A DNA stretch of 64,000 nt, taken from Alphaproteobacteria bacterium (GTDB taxonomy: Bacteria > Pseudomonadota > Alphaproteobacteria > MPNO01). Under the pieces are notes generated by a model, which searched no databases, had not been told where the DNA came from, and saw only the letters and a list, made by a program, of their open reading frames with translations. The position numbers and the translations under genes were made by a program. Positions 59,699 to 64,000 of the stretch are shown piece after piece; positions within the stretch are counted from its first letter, which is position 1; every line of letters starts with the position of its first letter. The stretch lies in contig OZ219865.1 in NCBI GenBank assembly GCA_964291675.2, positions 160,001 through 224,000 on the forward strand, read 5' to 3'.

Positions 59699-60313
59699 AC
59701 CATCGACGAGCTCTCCGGCGCCGCGAAGGAGAACGCCCGCATCTGGTATCGCCAGACCGGCCTGCACGACGAATGGTACGACTTCGTCTACGAGGACTTC
59801 GAGACGATCTGCCGGATGCTCGGCGTGACGCTCGCCACGATCCCCGTGCGCCTCTACGGCGGCGGAACCCGCGACAAGCCGCAGATCCATTTCAGCGGGT
59901 TCCACAGCCAAGGCGATGGCGCGAGCTTCTCCGGCCGCTACAGCTACGCCCGGGGCGCCGCCAGGGCCATCCGCGCCCACGCGCCCAAGGACACCGAACT
60001 GCACCGCATCGCGGACGACTTGCAGACCGTCCAGAGGCACAATTTCCACCAGCTTCACGCCTATATCCGCCAGAGCGGGCGCTATTGCCATGAGTACACC
60101 ATGGCGATCGAGGTCGAGCGCGACAGCCCGACCTGGCAGCCGCCGACGGACGGCGCCGAGGACGCCGTGATCGAGGCGCTGCGCGACCTGGCGCGCTGGC
60201 TCTACCGCCAGCTCCGTTCGGAGTACGAGCACCAGACGTCCGACGAAACCGTCGACGAGAACCTCGCCATCAACGAACTGACGTTCACGGCTGACGGAAC
60301 GCGATTCGGTTGA
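59699..60313 (+). CDS. Plasmid/ICE protein of the 'antitoxin of toxin-antitoxin stability system' family; native start apparently missing
   Basis: IDELSGAAKENARIWY...WYDFVYEDF...FSGFHSQGDGASF...DLARWLYRQLRSEYE...FTADG; first ATG only at 59816. Confidence 0.65.
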   Translation, partial: TIDELSGAAKENARIWYRQTGLHDEWYDFVYEDFETICRMLGVTLATIPVRLYGGGTRDKPQIHFSGFHSQGDGASFSGRYSYARGAARAIRAHAPKDTELHRIADDLQTVQRHNFHQLHAYIRQSGRYCHEYTMAIEVERDSPTWQPPTDGAEDAVIEALRDLARWLYRQLRSEYEHQTSDETVDENLAINELTFTADGTRFG

Positions 60314-60507
60314 TCCGGCCCGCCTGAACCCGCCGCCGATTTCCTGAACCCGTCCGCGCGGACACGCACGCGTCCCGCTCCGCCGCGTCGCCCGACACCT
60401 CCGAAAGGTCGGAGGGCCGGTTTCGGGCGGTCCGGCGGGCGGGGCGGGAGTCACATTCCCCGTCAAGCCAACGCCGGTCCGATGCCCTTCAGCACGGAGA
60501 CCGGCCC

Positions 60508-63500
60508 ATGCTCGACGCCCGCTCGGCGCCGGACGCCCATGCGCGTCCGCCCCTCCCCGCGCTCGCCACCGACCCGGCCGCATCGCCGGCCCGTCCGTCG
60601 CCGGGCGATGCCCTGTTCGCCGCGGCCCGGGCCCTGCTCCCCGTGCTGGAGGCCGGCCGGGCTCTCGATGCCGCGACCCTCCGGGACGCCATGACGGAGG
60701 CCTTCGGCGCATCCGACGCCGGGGGCGGCTGGGTCTGGAAGGACGCCTACGAGGCCGCCGAGGCGGCGTGCGTGCTGTTCCTCCAGCGCTACGGGCGGGG
60801 CATGCGCCGCACCTGCGGCGGCGGTTCGGGCGAGCCGCGCCGCATGCTGGCGATGCTGGAGGCGATCGCGGCGCTGGAGCCCTCGCACACCAGGCGCTCG
60901 GAGGAGCAGGTCCGGCTCCAGCAGTTCTCGACCCCGCTGCCGCTCGCCTATGCCGCATTGCAGGCCGCCGCGATCCGGCCGGATGACGTCGTGCTGGAGC
61001 CCAGCGCCGGCACCGGGATGCTGGCGGTGATGGCGGAGTGTGCGCTCGGCGACCGGGCGGCGGGCGCGCTCCATCTCAACGAGTATGCGCAGACCCGCGC
61101 CCGGCTGCTGACTCACCTGTTCCCGCAGGCCGTGGTGACCGCCTTCAACGCCGAGTCCATTGCCGACCGGCTGCGCGACGTGCGTCCGACCGTCGTGCTG
61201 ATGAACCCGCCCTTCTCGGCGACGCCCGGCGTCGACCGCAGCCGGCACGACGCCGACCTGCGCCATGTCCGCTCGGCTGCCTCGATGCTGCCGCCGGGCG
61301 GCCGGCTTGTGACGATCACCTCGGCCCATTGCGTGCTGGGCGACGCCGTCGGGCGCCTCGACCCGCCGGCCCGCTGCGTCTTCACCATGGCCATCGACGG
61401 CCGCGCCTACGCACGGCGCGGCACCGGGTTCGACACCCGCCTCACCGTGCTGGAGCGCGGCGACGGACCCTCTGTCGAGCTGGACGGGACCGCCCGCGCC
61501 GCGAACGCCGCCGAACTGCTCGAAGCCGTCATCGCGCAGTTGCCGAAGCGGCAGCCCATCGCGCCCGCGCCGGTCCCGGCCGGCCCCGCCCGCGACCTGT
61601 TCGGCAAGCCGGTCGCGCCCACGCCTGCAACGCGCCGGGGTCCGAAGTCCGTTTCAACCCCGGAGTCCCGCCAGTCCCATGACTGGGGGACGATTACTGA
61701 GCTCACGGTCGAGACCGGCCCGGTCGAACCCGCCGCCGATGCCGAGCCCCCTGCCGGCAACACCGACTCTTACGTCCCGTGGAGGCCCAGCGTCGTGCGG
61801 GTGCAGGGCGCGGTCGAGCATCCGACGCCGCTGGTCCAATCCGCCGCGATGGCGGCCGTGCCGCATCCCGAGCCGGCCTACCGCCCGTTTCTGCCCGAGC
61901 GTGTCGTCACTGAGGGCCTGCTGTCCGACGCCCAGCTCGAGAGCGTGGTCTTGGCTGGGGAGGCCCATTCACGGCATCTCGCGGCCGAGTACCGCATCGG
62001 CTCGCAGTGGGAGACCGTCCACCGCTGCCGGGAGGACGGCGACGATGACGGGGAAGAGATCGACACGTCCCTCGTCACCGCCGAGGGCGAGACCCTGTCC
62101 GAGCCGGTGCGTTTCCGCCGGGGCTGGATGCTGGGCGACGGCACCGGCTGCGGCAAGGGGCGCGAGGTCGCCGCCATCATCCTCGACAACCGGCTGCGCG
62201 GCAGGAAGAAGGCGCTCTGGCTGTCGCAGTCCGACAAGCTGGTAGAGGACGCGCGCCGCGACTGGACCGCGCTGGGCGGGCTGGAGAGCGACATCATCCC
62301 GCTCGGCAACTTCCGGCAGGGCATGGAGATCCCGCTCGACGAAGGGATTCTCTTCGCGACCTACGCCACGCTGCGCTCGCCGTCTCGCCAGGGCAAGCCT
62401 TCCCGGCTGGAGCAGATCGTCGAATGGCTGGCGGGCTCGCTCGACGAGGAGGACCGCCACAGCTTCGACGGCGCAATCGTGTTCGATGAGTCCCACGCGA
62501 TGGCGAATGCCGCCGGCTCGAAGAGCGAACGCGGCGAGACCAGGCCGTCGCAGCAGGGCCGCGCCGGGCTGCGGTTGCAGAACGCGCTGCCGGAAGCGCG
62601 GATCGCCTACGTCTCGGCCACCGGCGCCACCACGGTTCCGGGACTGGCCTATGCGGGCAGGCTCGGATTGTGGGCCGCCGGCGAGACGCCGTTCGAGAAG
62701 CGCACCGAGTTCGTCTCCGCCATGGAGGCCGGCGGGGTCGCCGCGATGGAGGTGGTCGCCCGCGATCTGAAGGCCCTCGGCCTCTACCAGGCCCGCGCGC
62801 TCTCATATGACGGGGTCGAGGTTGAAATCCTGGAGCACAAGCTGACGCCCGAGCAGCGCCGCATCTACGACGCCTATGCCGGCGCCTTCAAGGTGATCCA
62901 CGCCAACATCGAGGAAGCGCTCAAGGCGACCGGCATCGTCCAGGGCGACGACACGCTCAACAAGAACGCCAAGGCCGCGGCGCTGAGCGCCTTCGAGGGG
63001 ACCAAGCAGCGCTTCTTCGGACATCTTCTGACCGGCATGAAGTGCCCCTCGACCATCCGCGCGATCGATGCCGACCTCGACGGCGGGCGGTCGGCCGTGG
63101 TGCAGCTGGTCTCGACCGGCGAGGCGCTGATGGAGCGGCGCATCGCCGACGTTCCCGCGTCCGAGTGGGACGATCTCAACATCGACCTCACCCCGCGGGA
63201 CGCCATCCTGTCCTACCTGATGCACGCTTTCCCGGTGCAGTTGCAGGAGCCCTTCACCGACGACGGCGGCAACCTGATGAGCCGCGTCGCGAAGGACCCG
63301 GACGGCAATCCCGTCATCTGCAAGGAAGCCGAGGACCGGCGCGACGCGCTGATCGAGAAGCTGGCGGCATTGCCGCCGGTGCCGACGGCGCTGGACCAGA
63401 TCGTGCAGCGGTACGGCCACGAGGCGGTCGCCGAGGTGACCGGGCGGTCCCGGCGCGTGCTCCGGATTACGGACGCCAGGGGCGAACGCCTCGCGCTACG

Positions 63501-64000
63501 CAGCCGGCCGGCCTCCGCCAACCTCGCCGAGACCGCAGCGTTCATGGACGGCGAGAAGCGCATCCTGGTGTTTTCCATGGCCGGCGGCACCGGGCGCAGC
63601 TACCACGCCGACCTCGCCCGCGAGAACCAGCAACGCCGCGTTCACTACCTTCTCGAACCCGGCTGGCGCGCCGACCAGGCGATCCAGGGCCTCGGACGCA
63701 GCCACCGCTCCTACGAAGCCTCCGCGCCGCTGTTCCGGCCCGTCACCACCGACGTCAAGGGCGAACGCCGCTTCATCGCCACCATTGCACGGCGTCTGGA
63801 TAGTCTGGGCGCCATCACTAGGGGCCAGCGCGACAGCCAAACCGCGATGGGCGGCAGCGACGCGGCGCTGTTCCGCGAAAGCGACAACCTGGAAAGCGTC
63901 TACGCCCGGGCCGCTCTTCGCCAGTTCTACGGCGCGCTGTGGCGGGGCAGCATCGAGGGCTGGAGCCTGGATCGCTTCGAGAAGGCCACCGGACTCAAGC
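60508..64000 (+). CDS. Strawberry-notch-like methyltransferase/SF2 helicase; runs off the window
   Basis: QQFSTPL, VLEPSAGTG, MNPPF, LGDGTGCGKGR, VFDESH, SATGA, GGTGRSYHAD; absent from the ORF track because no stop lies in the window. Confidence 0.9.
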   Translation, partial: MLDARSAPDAHARPPLPALATDPAASPARPSPGDALFAAARALLPVLEAGRALDAATLRDAMTEAFGASDAGGGWVWKDAYEAAEAACVLFLQRYGRGMRRTCGGGSGEPRRMLAMLEAIAALEPSHTRRSEEQVRLQQFSTPLPLAYAALQAAAIRPDDVVLEPSAGTGMLAVMAECALGDRAAGALHLNEYAQTRARLLTHLFPQAVVTAFNAESIADRLRDVRPTVVLMNPPFSATPGVDRSRHDADLRHVRSAASMLPPGGRLVTITSAHCVLGDAVGRLDPPARCVFTMAIDGRAYARRGTGFDTRLTVLERGDGPSVELDGTARAANAAELLEAVIAQLPKRQPIAPAPVPAGPARDLFGKPVAPTPATRRGPKSVSTPESRQSHDWGTITELTVETGPVEPAADAEPPAGNTDSYVPWRPSVVRVQGAVEHPTPLVQSAAMAAVPHPEPAYRPFLPERVVTEGLLSDAQLESVVLAGEAHSRHLAAEYRIGSQWETVHRCREDGDDDGEEIDTSLVTAEGETLSEPVRFRRGWMLGDGTGCGKGREVAAIILDNRLRGRKKALWLSQSDKLVEDARRDWTALGGLESDIIPLGNFRQGMEIPLDEGILFATYATLRSPSRQGKPSRLEQIVEWLAGSLDEEDRHSFDGAIVFDESHAMANAAGSKSERGETRPSQQGRAGLRLQNALPEARIAYVSATGATTVPGLAYAGRLGLWAAGETPFEKRTEFVSAMEAGGVAAMEVVARDLKALGLYQARALSYDGVEVEILEHKLTPEQRRIYDAYAGAFKVIHANIEEALKATGIVQGDDTLNKNAKAAALSAFEGTKQRFFGHLLTGMKCPSTIRAIDADLDGGRSAVVQLVSTGEALMERRIADVPASEWDDLNIDLTPRDAILSYLMHAFPVQLQEPFTDDGGNLMSRVAKDPDGNPVICKEAEDRRDALIEKLAALPPVPTALDQIVQRYGHEAVAEVTGRSRRVLRITDARGERLALRSRPASANLAETAAFMDGEKRILVFSMAGGTGRSYHADLARENQQRRVHYLLEPGWRADQAIQGLGRSHRSYEASAPLFRPVTTDVKGERRFIATIARRLDSLGAITRGQRDSQTAMGGSDAALFRESDNLESVYARAALRQFYGALWRGSIEGWSLDRFEKATGLK

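Larger units (their letters stand above)
25270..64000. mobile_element. Composite genomic island / ICE-like element (right end outside the window)
   Basis: Integrase pair, lower-GC cargo, IS scars, serine recombinase-ParB module and plasmid/ICE backbone genes; left boundary approximate. Confidence 0.75.

Overview
GC-rich (about 70% by eye) bacterial DNA, most likely alphaproteobacterial, judged from the gene content, the REP-like palindromes and a GAAC-N7-GAAC LexA box. Bases 1 to ~25,250 look chromosomal. They carry a MetE-like enzyme; an aromatic/N-heterocycle catabolic region (gentisate-dioxygenase-like cupin, tandem LLM oxidoreductases, a frameshifted molybdo-hydroxylase large subunit, AtzG/AtzE-like amidase plus malonyl-CoA decarboxylase, a degenerate M20 protein plus a Rieske oxygenase); three toxin-antitoxin loci; a Liv-type ABC transporter; a Zur-controlled zinc uptake operon with a His/Glu-repeat outer-membrane protein; and dcd. 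From ~25,270 to the window end is a composite genomic island or ICE-like element. It opens with two tandem tyrosine integrases. A lower-GC cargo/defence block follows: Fic, two hypotheticals, a ~1450-aa HNH-NACHT protein split by an intact IS256 with an 8-bp target duplication, relics of IS256, IS3, IS66, integrase and a group II intron, then SRPBCC, NERD and a thermonuclease. Next is an XRE regulator divergent from a dead-resolvase/large serine recombinase/ParB/ParB module. The last part is a hairpin-punctuated, leading-region-like backbone (MoxR AAA, DUF3150-like, vWA, ParB, GHKL ATPase, RadC, LexA-boxed SRAP, DUF6573, strawberry-notch methylase/helicase running off the edge). All family calls come from motif recognition by eye; no database searches were run.
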